Below are positions 1 through 10,162 of a stretch of 64,000 bases of DNA, piece after piece (the stretch's first letter is position 1; the number at the start of each line of letters is the position of its first letter). A program made the position numbers and the translations under genes. Source of the stretch: an uncultured delta proteobacterium (GTDB lineage Bacteria > Desulfobacterota > RBG-13-43-22); the NCBI GenBank assembly GCA_963790475.1, contig CAWBOS010000011.1, positions 128,001 through 192,000 of the forward strand. Direction: 5' to 3'. The notes beneath the pieces are model-generated. The model saw only the letters and a list, made by a program, of their open reading frames with translations, searched no databases and had not been told where the DNA came from.

Positions 1-2
1 AA

Positions 3-224
3 ATCATTTCCGGTCCGGCCCAGGACAAGGTTCAGACCAAAGGGGTTCTACAGGATTCTAAGATTTGCGACCTGGTGTCCCGCCGGCCCTGTACGGCCGA
101 AGATATCGCCCGATTTCTGGGCCTTTCCCTGGAAGAAACGGTTCCTATCTTGGACCGGCTGATTCAGGAAAAAAAAATTAATTATGACCTGTTTAATCGA
201 CAAGGCTTCTACCGGGGCAAATAG
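3..224 (+). CDS. 3' end of a gene entering the window (C-terminal wHTH-like tail, possibly of a radical SAM protein)
   Basis: Open frame ...RPCTAEDIARFLGLSLEETVPILDRLIQEKKI...GFYRGK* ending at TAG 222-224, just upstream of the next RBS (ggagg); product is a guess. Confidence 0.4.
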   Translation: MISGPAQDKVQTKGVLQDSKICDLVSRRPCTAEDIARFLGLSLEETVPILDRLIQEKKINYDLFNRQGFYRGK

Positions 225-250
225 CCCCGTATAATTTTTGGAGGAGATGA

Positions 251-3200
251 ATGAAGGATTTACATCTGGGAATGGATATCGGCTCGGTGAGCGTCAACAC
301 CATTATAATAAGCAGCCAAGGAGAGATCCTCAAAGATGATTATCGCCGCACCAAGGGCCAGCCAATGGAAACCGCTCTGGAGGCTTTTAATGAATTTTTT
401 TCAGAATTCCCTCCGGAGCAGATCCGGTCCATCGCCCTGACCGGGACGGCCGGGAAAAAAGTGGCCGACCTGCTCAGGGTCCCTTTTGTCAACGAGATCA
501 TTGCCCAGGCCCGGGCCATAGAACGGTTTCACCCTCAGGTCCGAACTATTATTGAAATGGGCGGGGAGGACTCCAAGCTGATCCTGCTTTCTCCGGAAGA
601 TGGGGGCCGCCTGGTCATCCAGGATTTCGCCATGAACACCCTTTGTGCCGCGGGTACCGGCTCATTTTTAGACCAGCAGGCCCATCGTCTGGGCCTGACT
701 ATTGAAGAATTCAGCCAACTGGCCTTAAAGTCCCAGACACCTCCCCGGATCGCCGGCCGCTGCACGGTTTTTGCCAAAACCGACATGATCCACCTCCAGC
801 AGGAGGCCACCCCGGATTACGACATCATCGCCGGGTTATGTTTTGCCGTGGCCAGGAACCTCAAGAGTAATATCGCCAAAGGTAAGAACATCCTCAAACC
901 CGTTTCCTTCCAGGGGGGGGTGGCGGCCAACCGGGGGGTGCGGCGGGCCTTTTCCGAGGTCCTGGAGCTTAAAGAAGGGGAATTGGTCATCCCGGATCAC
1001 TTTTTTTCCATGGGGGCCATTGGGGCCTCTTTGATCGTTCAGGAAGACCCGGCCGCCCTCAATCAATTTAAGGGGTTGGAGCCTCTCAAAGATTATTTAA
1101 AAACTCAAACCTCAGAGGCCCGGCGGCTGGATGCTTTAAAATTAAGAGACGATTATATCCAGCCATTTTTCACCGGGCAGGCCCCGGTTCCGACGCAGGG
1201 GAAAAAGGTCGAAGCCTATCTGGGGGTCGATGTCGGGTCCATCAGCACCAACGTGGTGGTCATCGATAAGGAGATGCGGGTTTTATCCAAACAATATCTG
1301 ATGACCGCCGGCCGGCCGCTGGAAGCCATTCGACAAGGGTTGGAGGCGGCCGGGAAAGAAGTGGGGGACCGGGTCATCATCAAGGGGGCGGCTACCACCG
1401 GTTCAGGCCGGTATCTGACCGGGGATTTCATCGGAGCTGATATCGTCCGCAATGAGATCACGGCCCAGGCTACGGCAGCGGCGGCCATCGATCCTCTGGT
1501 AGATACCATTTTTGAAATCGGCGGCCAGGATTCAAAGTATATCAGTTTGGAAAACGGGGCCATCGTGGATTTTATGATGAATAAAGTCTGCGCCGCCGGA
1601 ACCGGTTCTTTTCTGGAGGAACAGGCCGAGAAGCTGGGCATCTCCATCAAAGATGAATTCGGGGCCCTGGCCCTGGATTCGGAGAGCCCGATCCGTTTGG
1701 GAGAACGCTGCACGGTCTTTATGGAATCCGACCTGGTCCACCACCAACAGAAGGGCCTGGATAAGAAGGACCTGGTGGCGGGCTTAAGTTATTCGATTGT
1801 CGAAAATTATCTCAACAAGGTCGTAGAAGACCGCCGGATCGGCAAACGGATCTTTTACCAGGGAGCCACGGCCTTCAACAAGGGGATTGTAGCCGCCTTT
1901 GAAAAAATCGTCGGCAAACCCATCACCGTACCCGAGCATAATGATGTGACCGGGGCCATCGGCGTGGCCATCCTGGCCATGCGGGAGCGAACCTGGGAGG
2001 AAAGCCGGTTCAAGGGGTTTGACTTGGCCCGGATCCATTATGAAATTTCCTCTTTTGAATGCAAAGGATGCCCCAATCAATGTGACATCAATAAGGTCAG
2101 CATTGAAGGAGAGAAACCCCTCTTCTACGGAAGCCGTTGTGACAAATATGATGTGGACACCAAAAAAACCGTCCAAAAGCCCATGCCCGACCTCTTTGCC
2201 GAGAGGGAGGCCTGGATGGCAGGGCAGTCCGAAGACTTGAATCCAGGAGGGAAACGGGGAAAAATCGGTATTCCCAGGGCTATGTTTTTCAGGGAGCTTC
2301 TGCCTTTTTTCCGTACTTTTTTCACCCAGCTTGGGTTTGAAGTGGTCATCTCCGGTGTAACCAACAAATCGATCATCCATCAGGGCGTGGAAAGCATGGC
2401 CGCCGAGACCTGCCTGCCCGTCAAGGTGGTCAACGGGCATATCCTGGAACTGATCCAGCAGGGAGTGGACCGGATTTTCCTGCCCAGCATCGTCGATTTG
2501 AAAACCGACAACCCGGATTATCCGCAGGGTGTGGTCTGTCCCCTGGCCCAAACCCTGGCCTACACAGTTCATTCTTCCTTCAACTTTCAGGATAAAGGGG
2601 TCCAAGTTTATTCACCGGTTCTCTATTTCGGAAGAGGAGAAAGGATCTTAAGACAGGGACTGATGAAAATGGGCCGTTCCCTGGGGATTATCAATCCATT
2701 TCTGATTTCCGGGGCCATGAAAAAAGGACTAACCGCCCAGGAAGATTTTTACAAAAAAATGCAGGATCGTGGCCGGGAGGTCATGGCCGCCTTAGGGCCG
2801 GAGGAGATCGCCATGATGGTCGTCAGCCGTCCCTATAACGGTGTTGATCCCGGCATTAACTTGAATATCCCCAAAAAACTGCGGGATCTCGGGGTCCTGG
2901 CCATCCCCATGGATTTTTTCCCCCTGGATCAAAAAAACGAGACCGAGGACCCTAAATACCACTACTGGCGGTTCGGTCAGAAGATCATGGGGGCTGCGGA
3001 AATACTCATCAAAGATCCAAGACTATATGGAATTTACGTCACTAATTTTAGCTGCGGCCCCGATTCCTTCATTCTTCATTTTTTCCGCGACGTTTTGAAA
3101 GGGAAACCCTATCTGGAAATCGAGATCGACGAACATAGCGCCGACGCCGGCGTGGTGACCAGATTGGAGGCCTTTTTGGATAGTCTAAGAAACAGTAAGA

Positions 3201-4456
3201 CCGCAGCCCTCCCGCTCCTGAAAAAACGAACGGACTTCCGTCTTCCATCCGGGAACCACCGAAAAATTTATATCCCGCCCATGACCGATCACACCCTGGC
3301 TGTGGCCGCGGCCTTTAAGGCCTGCGGCGTGGAGGCCGAGGTCCTGCCTGATTCGGATCAGGAAACACTGATCTGGGGCCGGAAATTGACCTCCGGTAAA
3401 GAATGTTATCCCTGCATCCTGACCACCGGAGACATGGTCAAGTTGATCAACCGAAAGAACTTTGATCCCGACCGTTCGGCTTTTTTTATGCCTTCGGGAA
3501 CGGGTCCCTGCCGGTTCGGGCAATACCACCGTTTTCATCGTCTGGTCCTGGACGACTTAGGTTTTCCTCAGGTGCCGGTCTATGCCCCGGATCAGAGCGA
3601 AACCCTTTATCGGGAATTGGGTATGGTCGGGGGTAGTGACTTTACCCGTCTCGGCTGGCAGGGAGTCGTAGCGGTGGATTGTTTGGAAAAGAAACTTCGG
3701 GAGACTAGGCCCTATGAAAAAAATCCGGGGAAGACTAACGGGGTTTACCACACCTATTTAAGTAAAGTTGCGGAGACCATTGCCTCCCGAGGGGATCTGG
3801 TGGAAGTCCTGCAGGCGGCAAGAACAGCCTTTGATGCCATTCCTGTAGAAAACCCCGGTTCCAAGCCGGTCATCGGCATGGTCGGAGAAATCTATACCCG
3901 GGCCAACAAATTTGCCAATGAAGATGTGGTCCTGGAGGTCGAGGCCCTGGGAGGAGAAGCCTGGCTGCCTCCGATTGCCGAATGGATTCTCTATACCAAT
4001 CACACCGCGATCTGGAGAGCTATTTGGCTTCGAAAGTATTCCAATCTCCTTGAACTCCTTTTAACTCACAGGATTCAGGTCAAACTGGAGCACGAACTGG
4101 AACATACTTTTAAAGGATCGATTCGTAACTACGGTGAGCCCCCCATTCGGACCACCCTGAAGAACGCCCATCCTTATCTGCATCCTTCCTTTGAGGGTGA
4201 GGCCATCCTGAGTCTGGGCAAGTCCAAGGACTACTGGTCCAAAGGGGCTTGCGGATTGATCAACATCATGCCCTTCACCTGTATGCCGGGGACCATCGTT
4301 AATGCCCTGCTGAAGCGGTTTCGGGAGGATCATCAGAACATTCCCTTCCTGAATCTTTCCTATGACGGACAGGAACAAACCAATACCCGTACTCGTCTTG
4401 AGGCATTCATGTATCAGGTGCAGCAGGTTAAGGCCGGAAAAGAAAAAGTGAGGTAA
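251..4456 (+). CDS. 2-hydroxyacyl-CoA dehydratase activase-type ATPase fusion (two BcrAD/BadFG ASKHA domains plus DUF2229-like C-terminal domains)
   Basis: Two GxDxGSxS / GGxDSK / CAAGTGSFL / RCTVF repeats; CKGCPNQC; ETCLPVK, NFSCGPDS, MPFTCMPG motifs; RBS ggagg. Confidence 0.9.
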   Translation: MKDLHLGMDIGSVSVNTIIISSQGEILKDDYRRTKGQPMETALEAFNEFFSEFPPEQIRSIALTGTAGKKVADLLRVPFVNEIIAQARAIERFHPQVRTIIEMGGEDSKLILLSPEDGGRLVIQDFAMNTLCAAGTGSFLDQQAHRLGLTIEEFSQLALKSQTPPRIAGRCTVFAKTDMIHLQQEATPDYDIIAGLCFAVARNLKSNIAKGKNILKPVSFQGGVAANRGVRRAFSEVLELKEGELVIPDHFFSMGAIGASLIVQEDPAALNQFKGLEPLKDYLKTQTSEARRLDALKLRDDYIQPFFTGQAPVPTQGKKVEAYLGVDVGSISTNVVVIDKEMRVLSKQYLMTAGRPLEAIRQGLEAAGKEVGDRVIIKGAATTGSGRYLTGDFIGADIVRNEITAQATAAAAIDPLVDTIFEIGGQDSKYISLENGAIVDFMMNKVCAAGTGSFLEEQAEKLGISIKDEFGALALDSESPIRLGERCTVFMESDLVHHQQKGLDKKDLVAGLSYSIVENYLNKVVEDRRIGKRIFYQGATAFNKGIVAAFEKIVGKPITVPEHNDVTGAIGVAILAMRERTWEESRFKGFDLARIHYEISSFECKGCPNQCDINKVSIEGEKPLFYGSRCDKYDVDTKKTVQKPMPDLFAEREAWMAGQSEDLNPGGKRGKIGIPRAMFFRELLPFFRTFFTQLGFEVVISGVTNKSIIHQGVESMAAETCLPVKVVNGHILELIQQGVDRIFLPSIVDLKTDNPDYPQGVVCPLAQTLAYTVHSSFNFQDKGVQVYSPVLYFGRGERILRQGLMKMGRSLGIINPFLISGAMKKGLTAQEDFYKKMQDRGREVMAALGPEEIAMMVVSRPYNGVDPGINLNIPKKLRDLGVLAIPMDFFPLDQKNETEDPKYHYWRFGQKIMGAAEILIKDPRLYGIYVTNFSCGPDSFILHFFRDVLKGKPYLEIEIDEHSADAGVVTRLEAFLDSLRNSKTAALPLLKKRTDFRLPSGNHRKIYIPPMTDHTLAVAAAFKACGVEAEVLPDSDQETLIWGRKLTSGKECYPCILTTGDMVKLINRKNFDPDRSAFFMPSGTGPCRFGQYHRFHRLVLDDLGFPQVPVYAPDQSETLYRELGMVGGSDFTRLGWQGVVAVDCLEKKLRETRPYEKNPGKTNGVYHTYLSKVAETIASRGDLVEVLQAARTAFDAIPVENPGSKPVIGMVGEIYTRANKFANEDVVLEVEALGGEAWLPPIAEWILYTNHTAIWRAIWLRKYSNLLELLLTHRIQVKLEHELEHTFKGSIRNYGEPPIRTTLKNAHPYLHPSFEGEAILSLGKSKDYWSKGACGLINIMPFTCMPGTIVNALLKRFREDHQNIPFLNLSYDGQEQTNTRTRLEAFMYQVQQVKAGKEKVR

Positions 4457-4458
4457 GC

Positions 4459-6147
4459 ATGCCCCCAGTCAAAAAACTCCTGATCAATGCCGTCGATCCG
4501 GAAGAGTATCGGATCGCTCTGATCGAAGACGGCATCCTGGAAGAATTTTATATCGAGACCACGGCCAAAGAACAGATTCGAGGCAACATTTATAAGGGCG
4601 TGGTGGCCCATATCGAACCCGCCTTGCAGGCCGCCTTTGTGGATTACGGGAGCGAAAAAAACGGATTTCTCCAAGCGGACGAGATCCATCCGGAGTATCA
4701 CCTCGAACCTTCGGAACCCTCCGATTCCCACAAACACGGCCGACTCCCTATTCAGAAAATAATCCATCGCGGGCAGGAAATTCTGGTTCAGGTGACCAAG
4801 GAAGAGTCCGGGACCAAAGGGGTGGCCTTGACCACCTATATCTCTCTTCCGGGGCGGGATCTGGTTTTAACACCCGGCCAACCCGGCATAGGCGTTTCCC
4901 GCAAAATAGAAGATGAAGCCGAACGGGAACGACTGAAAACCATTCTGACCCAATTGAAAGCACCCGGAGAAATCGGCACCATTGTACGAACGGCCGGAGC
5001 GGGAAAGAAAAAGCAGGAACTGGCTGCCAACATGGAATCCCTGATGCGCCTGTGGGAAGAGATCCGGAGCCGGGCCATGGAACAACCGGCCCCTTCTCTG
5101 GTTTATAAGGAAATGGATCTGGCTATCCGGACCATCCGGGATCTTTTTACTCCCGACATCCAGGAGATACTGATCGACAATAAAGACATTTATAAACAGG
5201 TCCGGGATTTTCTGGGAATTATCGCCCCCCGCCAACGCAACCAGGTCAAACTCTACAAAGAGACCCGGCCGATCTTTTCCAAACACCAGATTGAAAACCA
5301 GATTGAAACCATTTTTCAAAACCGAGTCAAATTAAAATCCGGCGGGCAGATTGTTATCGATTCCACCGAAGCCCTGGTGGCGGTGGATGTCAATTCCGGG
5401 CGTTCAATCAAAGAACGACAGATCGAAGAAACGGCCTTCAAAACCAATCTGGAAGCAGCCGAAGAGATCGCCCGGCAATTGCGGTTAAGAGATTTGGGCG
5501 GATTGATCGTCATTGATTTCATCGATATGAAGGGGACCAAAAATCAAAACGAAGTGGTCAAGGTCATCAAGAATCACCTTAAAAGGGATAAGGCCCGAAC
5601 CACGGTCTCCAGGATTTCAAAATTCGGATTGCTGGAACTTTCGCGTCAGCGAATCCGGCCTCCGATCCAGTTCGGCACCTATTATACCTGTCCCGCCTGT
5701 CAAGGGAAAGGCCAGGTCCGGTCCATAGAAACCCTGGCCCTGATGTACCTTAGAAAGATTTCGCTGGGGATTTCCAAAGGAACTGTGGCCTCGGTCCATG
5801 GAGACCTTCCTCTGGAAGTAGCCAATTATCTGTTGAACCGGAAACGGGAAGAGCTGGCCCGTTTGGAAGAACGGCACCGGGTATCCATTTTTCTGGAAGG
5901 TCGTCCCCATCTGATGCCTGAAGAAGGGAAACTGGAGTTTTTGAAAAAGAAAAAAGAGGAACCCAAGGAGCCTGAGCCTCGAGGCAGGAGGCCGGGGCCG
6001 GAACTGGAGCCGGGGCCGGAAGGCCACGGGCATGAGGCCCGAGGAGGGAGGCTGGAGGAGGAAGGCGAAAAATACGACACCCAGGATATAAAAGTAGAAG
6101 AGGAAAAGGAAGAGGAAAATCAAAGCACCCTTGGTTGGACGGATTAA
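4459..6147 (+). CDS. Rne/Rng family ribonuclease (RNase E/G)
   Basis: GNIYKG, AAFVDYG, DVNSG, TNLEAA, DLGGLIVIDFIDM, CPACQGKG; acidic disordered tail. Confidence 0.93.
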   Translation: MPPVKKLLINAVDPEEYRIALIEDGILEEFYIETTAKEQIRGNIYKGVVAHIEPALQAAFVDYGSEKNGFLQADEIHPEYHLEPSEPSDSHKHGRLPIQKIIHRGQEILVQVTKEESGTKGVALTTYISLPGRDLVLTPGQPGIGVSRKIEDEAERERLKTILTQLKAPGEIGTIVRTAGAGKKKQELAANMESLMRLWEEIRSRAMEQPAPSLVYKEMDLAIRTIRDLFTPDIQEILIDNKDIYKQVRDFLGIIAPRQRNQVKLYKETRPIFSKHQIENQIETIFQNRVKLKSGGQIVIDSTEALVAVDVNSGRSIKERQIEETAFKTNLEAAEEIARQLRLRDLGGLIVIDFIDMKGTKNQNEVVKVIKNHLKRDKARTTVSRISKFGLLELSRQRIRPPIQFGTYYTCPACQGKGQVRSIETLALMYLRKISLGISKGTVASVHGDLPLEVANYLLNRKREELARLEERHRVSIFLEGRPHLMPEEGKLEFLKKKKEEPKEPEPRGRRPGPELEPGPEGHGHEARGGRLEEEGEKYDTQDIKVEEEKEEENQSTLGWTD

Positions 6148-6162
6148 ATAGAGAGCCCCCTC

Positions 6163-7041
6163 ATGCCTCACCCTTCATCCCTCAGGCCTTTAATCATCGA
6201 CATCCATACCCACATTTTCCCCCCTGAAATCTGCCGGGGCAGGCAATCTTTTTTTCCCGGAGAGCCGGCCTTCGAGCTTCTGTATAAGGATGAAAAAAAG
6301 GCCCCCTTATCGACTGCCGGGGGGCTCATTAGAGCCATGGACCGGGATGGCATCCAGGGCTCGGTAACCTTCGGGTTTCCCTGGAGGCAACAGGAATTGG
6401 TGCGTCGATCCAATGACTATGTCCTGGAGGCCATGGCCAGGTATCCGGAGCGTTTGTTGGGCTTTGCCTGTTTGAATCCGGAACTGCCCGAGGCCCTTGA
6501 AGAAGGGGAACGCTGTCTAAAGGCGGGGATGAAGGGTCTGGGAGAGATTGCCCTTTATTCTCCTTTGACCGGAGGTTCCTGGCGGGAAAGAATGAGTCCT
6601 TTGGTCGAACTGGCCCAGGGGTGGGAAGTCCCGATCCTGCTCCATATTAACGAACCGGTGGGACACCAGTATCCTGGGAAGGGGCAGCAGCCCTTCGGGG
6701 AGCTTTATGATTTAATCAAGGCCTTTCCGAAAACCCTTTTTATCCTGGCCCATTGGGGTGGAGGTCTGTGGTGGTATCAGTTGATGAAACGGGAAGTCAA
6801 AGAGGTCCTGGCCAACACCTATTTCGATACCGCCGCTTCCCCTTTCCTTTACCGGCCGGAGATTTACGAATTTGCAGTCAAAATCATCGGTACGGAAAAG
6901 ATCCTCTACGGCAGCGATTACCCGCTCCTGGGCCTTCAAAGGTATTTGAAAGAATTGGATCAGACCGGGTTGACCCCGGAACAACGAGGGGCCATTTTGG
7001 GCGGGAACAGTCAAAGGGTTCTGGGATGGCCTGTTTTATAA
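6163..7041 (+). CDS. Amidohydrolase family protein (Amidohydro_2-like)
   Basis: IIDIHTH, GLGEI, LAHWGGG, YGSDYP metal-binding motifs. Confidence 0.88.
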   Translation: MPHPSSLRPLIIDIHTHIFPPEICRGRQSFFPGEPAFELLYKDEKKAPLSTAGGLIRAMDRDGIQGSVTFGFPWRQQELVRRSNDYVLEAMARYPERLLGFACLNPELPEALEEGERCLKAGMKGLGEIALYSPLTGGSWRERMSPLVELAQGWEVPILLHINEPVGHQYPGKGQQPFGELYDLIKAFPKTLFILAHWGGGLWWYQLMKREVKEVLANTYFDTAASPFLYRPEIYEFAVKIIGTEKILYGSDYPLLGLQRYLKELDQTGLTPEQRGAILGGNSQRVLGWPVL

Positions 7042-7104
7042 CTTAATCTTTTGACCAAGGGCCTCGTGCGGGTGCATTTTCAATTGATGAATTAAGATTT
7101 TACA

Positions 7105-7151
7105 TGGTGGGCGATGCGGGACTTGAACCCACGGCCTTTGGTTCCGGAGAC
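7105..7151 (-). repeat. att site: 47-bp duplicate of the 3' part of tRNA-Arg(CCG)
   Basis: tggtgggcgatgcgggacttgaacccacggcctttggttccggagac is identical to 61918-61964. Confidence 0.95.
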
Positions 7152-7186
7152 TCTCCTGAAGAATCAGATAATATAAAGGAACAAAC

Positions 7187-7239
7187 AAAAAAAGAAGGGA
7201 ACTCAACCCCTTAACTAATAAGGGGGGTTCCCTTTTTTT
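7187..7239. terminator. Bidirectional hairpin next to att (terminator-like)
   Basis: aaaaaaagaagggaac..cccctta/taagggg..gttcccttttttt inverted repeat with A and T tails. Confidence 0.55.
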
Positions 7240-7447
7240 ATGTTGTTTTTGGGTATTTGATAATGGTCCGTTAGAAAACCGTTAGAAAATCTATTCCTAT
7301 GGGAGGCGGTTACCTCTTATCCGGCGGCCCCACTTATTGATAGAGTTCGACGAGTCAAGTTTTCGGATCTGGGGACAACCCTTCCATCCGGCATAAGAAA
7401 AATGAGAGGCATCAAAAATAAAAGTCCCACACCAAAGGCAATCCTAA

Positions 7448-7590
7448 GAGAACTTTGAAAAATGTTCAATTTTGTTTAAGTTCAAGAAAGACGAAAATTT
7501 TAACCACAGGAATACATTTAGTATTTCGAGAATTAAAATTTGAGCCTCACACAGAAATAGGGGCAAAAGGGGACGTTTTTCAAAGCTCTC
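7448..7590. mobile_element. ~142-bp MITE copy 1 (IS5-type ends), inverted relative to copies 2 and 3
   Basis: Ends gagaactttgaaaaa...tttttcaaagctctc; reverse-complement homologue of 11786-11927 and 50333-50475. Confidence 0.8.
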
Positions 7591-7619
7591 TTTAAAGCGT
7601 TGGCGGGAGTGAAACTCAA

Positions 7620-8306
7620 ATGGAGCGAAGAAGATTTTACTTCTTATTATTGGGTGGACTTCTGGTCCTGGGACTGTTGGTTTTTTCTCCGCCGGTCTTG
7701 AGGGGGTTGGGCCGTTTTATGGCCCCCCAAGGAACAGGAAAAGCCGATGCGGTGGTGGTGGAAGGGGACCAAGTGGTCCGGGAGGGGGCGGTGCGGGCCG
7801 GGGTGGCGCTTATTAAAGAGGGCCGGGCGAAGCAGCTCATTCTGGTGCTTCACCGATATTCCGAAAATGAAAAACTTTTCGCTATCCAGGATAAATACCA
7901 GGGGTGGTTGGAAGCGGAATTAGAACAGGGGGGATTGAGAAAAAACCAATACCATATTTGGATATTACCCATCAACGGTCATCCCATAACCCTCAGCGAA
8001 GCCCGTTACGTGGTGTCCAGGCTTTCTCTGGCAGGCATCCATAAAGCACTTCTCCTTTGCCTGAGCTTTCATACCCGGCGCAGCCTGCTGGTCTATCAAA
8101 ATCAGGGGGATGCTTTGGGGGTCCGTTTTATCCCCTATCCCTACTTCCCTTCCTACGGCCGGGATAACTGGTGGAAGGATACGGAAGGTATTAAGGACTT
8201 CGGTTCCGAGGCTATAAAACTGGGATATTATCTGATAAAGGGATATATTTCTTTCTATAAACTTTTCAGGGGATGCCCGGGTGGTCTGTCGGCTGCACTA
8301 TTGTAG
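7620..8306 (+). CDS. YdcF/ElyC-like (DUF218) envelope protein
   Basis: N-terminal TM helix, KADAVVVEG, TLSEA, FHTRRS, WW..E.IKLGYY. Confidence 0.7.
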   Translation: MERRRFYFLLLGGLLVLGLLVFSPPVLRGLGRFMAPQGTGKADAVVVEGDQVVREGAVRAGVALIKEGRAKQLILVLHRYSENEKLFAIQDKYQGWLEAELEQGGLRKNQYHIWILPINGHPITLSEARYVVSRLSLAGIHKALLLCLSFHTRRSLLVYQNQGDALGVRFIPYPYFPSYGRDNWWKDTEGIKDFGSEAIKLGYYLIKGYISFYKLFRGCPGGLSAALL

Positions 8307-8553
8307 GTTTGACCAGACCTCAAATATATGGCGCTCGATATTATAGGGAGAAAGATCAAAAACTGAAAAAGTTGCTAAGCTGTGTCGAGCAGAAATGTCA
8401 ACAACGAAGATTTGACCGCATGAAATTCTGCAGAAAAGAGATTTCTCCTCTCTACCCCTTTACTACTGTTGGTAAGAAAAAAGTATTGACAAATTCTTAC
8501 TCTTTCCCTTAAGCTGACTCTCAGCAACCAAAAAGACCAGACGGAGGAAACAG

Positions 8554-8814
8554 GTGGAGGCAGGTAAATCCAGGGTAACATCAAAAGGTCAGATTGTGAT
8601 CCCAAAGAGATTACGGGAAAAGTACGCCATTGCTCCGGCAATGACGATTCGGTGGATCCCCAAGGAGGAAGGCTTGTTAATGGTTCCTGAAAAGGATGAT
8701 GCCATCAAAGCCGCTAGGGGAATGCTAAAGAGGTCGGGCCTACTGAAGACCTATCTGAAAGAGAAGCAACTGGAAAAAAGGAGGGAGAACAGAAGGCTTG
8801 GCAAAAGGCACTAA
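8554..8814 (+). CDS. AbrB/MazE-type antitoxin
   Basis: VTSKGQIVIPKRLREKY motif; overlaps the PIN toxin. Confidence 0.88.
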   Translation: MEAGKSRVTSKGQIVIPKRLREKYAIAPAMTIRWIPKEEGLLMVPEKDDAIKAARGMLKRSGLLKTYLKEKQLEKRRENRRLGKRH

Positions 8815-9217
8815 TTATGTGTTGGACAGTTTTGCCCTCATAGGCTATCTCGAAAATGAACCATTCGCCCAAGAAATAGAAGACCTTCTCCATCAGGCCG
8901 AGAAGGGAGTTTGCCGTCTCTATTTACATGCCCTTCATCTGGGAGAGGTTTACTATATTACCCTTCGAGAACAGGGTCAAGATGTGGCGGATCTGGCTTA
9001 TGCCCGGATCAAGAGATTTCCAATAAAATTCGTCGAAACTATAAATGAGGAACTTCTCTTGACCGCAGCGGCACTTAAAGCCATCTATCCGATCTCTTAT
9101 GCGGATTCCTTTGCAGCGGCCCTGGCCAAGGTTAACAACGCCTTGCTCCTAACTGGAGACCCCGAATTTCGTACCCTTGAAGAAGATAGAATCCTGGAAA
9201 TCACTTGGCTCACATAA
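8798..9217 (+). CDS. vapC: VapC PIN-domain toxin
   Basis: YVLDSFAL, GEVYY, SYADSFAAALA, TGDPEF. Confidence 0.88.
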   Translation: MAKGTNYVLDSFALIGYLENEPFAQEIEDLLHQAEKGVCRLYLHALHLGEVYYITLREQGQDVADLAYARIKRFPIKFVETINEELLLTAAALKAIYPISYADSFAAALAKVNNALLLTGDPEFRTLEEDRILEITWLT

Positions 9218-9648
9218 CTAGGATGTTGCCCCAGGCTGTGCCTGTTTTCATTGCGGTCTCTCTCGACCGCGCTGAAAAATTCAATTCTTCTCCGTGTCCT
9301 CCGCGATCTCGAGCGTAGCGGACGAGAGGCAATAACTGAATGGAGTGGACAACGTCCCGCGATTCATAAAACAGAAATGAGAATCGAACTTCCAATTATT
9401 CCTGTAGAGTTTTGAACCCCATTTTTATCTCAAAAAAAAGCGCCTGTCGGGCCGGCCGATGGGCGCTCTGCTGCATAGGGTGTTCGGAGAGACTATGTCT
9501 TTGCCTTTTTCGTCTTTCTGAAAAGGACCAGACTAAAAAGCCCTGCATAATCAGGGGCCGCGATGTTTGCAACGCCTCCAGTTAAGACAATGCCGATGTC
9601 CCACGTGTCTCAATCGTGGTCCACGTTCTGGCCCGGAGAGTGGTTATC

Positions 9649-9888
9649 CTACTTATCTTTACGTTGCTTCCCTTCCCTCTTGCCGGTCAGCATTAAGACA
9701 CCGCCTACAAGAAGGCCGATCGCGCCTGAGGCCAGACCCGGGTCGATCTCCGGAACGCAGCCACCACCACCATTTCCACCTCCGTTACCTCCGCCGTTGC
9801 CCCCTCCGTTACCTGCTAAGGCCAGCGGTACCACCACCATAAAAAGGATACAGACAACCACTGCCATAATTCTTAAGAAATTTTTCAT
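9649..9888 (-). CDS. VPEID-CTERM sorting-signal protein (79 aa)
   Basis: RBS aaggagg, then MKNFLRI signal peptide, (GGGN)n linker, VPEIDPG, TM helix and basic tail; adjacent to exosortase E/protease. Confidence 0.88.
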   Translation of the reverse strand: MKNFLRIMAVVVCILFMVVVPLALAGNGGGNGGGNGGGNGGGGCVPEIDPGLASGAIGLLVGGVLMLTGKREGKQRKDK

Positions 9889-9952
9889 TCTTCCCTCCTT
9901 TGACGGTTGTTGTTTGTTGATCATGAACTGCTATAACCATGAAAAGAATTTT

Positions 9953-10138
9953 ATTGGCACGGATTTCACGGGTTGCCACGGTTAAAGGGCATTGGGTTTT
10001 CAGGAAATCTAACATCCGATTTCCCGACCACTTCCGTCCGCCCACCGGCTGAGGGATTTTTATTCATCAATCAGAGGCCTGATTGATGGATAATCAATTT
10101 GTCTTACCGTGTCATCCGTGTCCATCCGTGCCAAAAAA
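9953..10138. repeat. Complete inverted-arm copy of the GGCACGGAT repeat element
   Basis: ttggcacggatttcacggg... paired with ...ccgtgtccatccgtgccaaaaa; two internal hairpins. Confidence 0.7.
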
Positions 10139-10162
10139 TATTCAGGTGGTAAAAAAAAGCAA

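Noticed and set aside
535-6171. Long antisense ORFs over core genes (for example 1784-2605 and 5617-6171)
   Set aside because: Shadow frames of well-supported GC-rich genes
7105-7151. Second tRNA-Arg gene
   Set aside because: Only the 3' 47 nt are present; there is no D-arm or 5' acceptor strand
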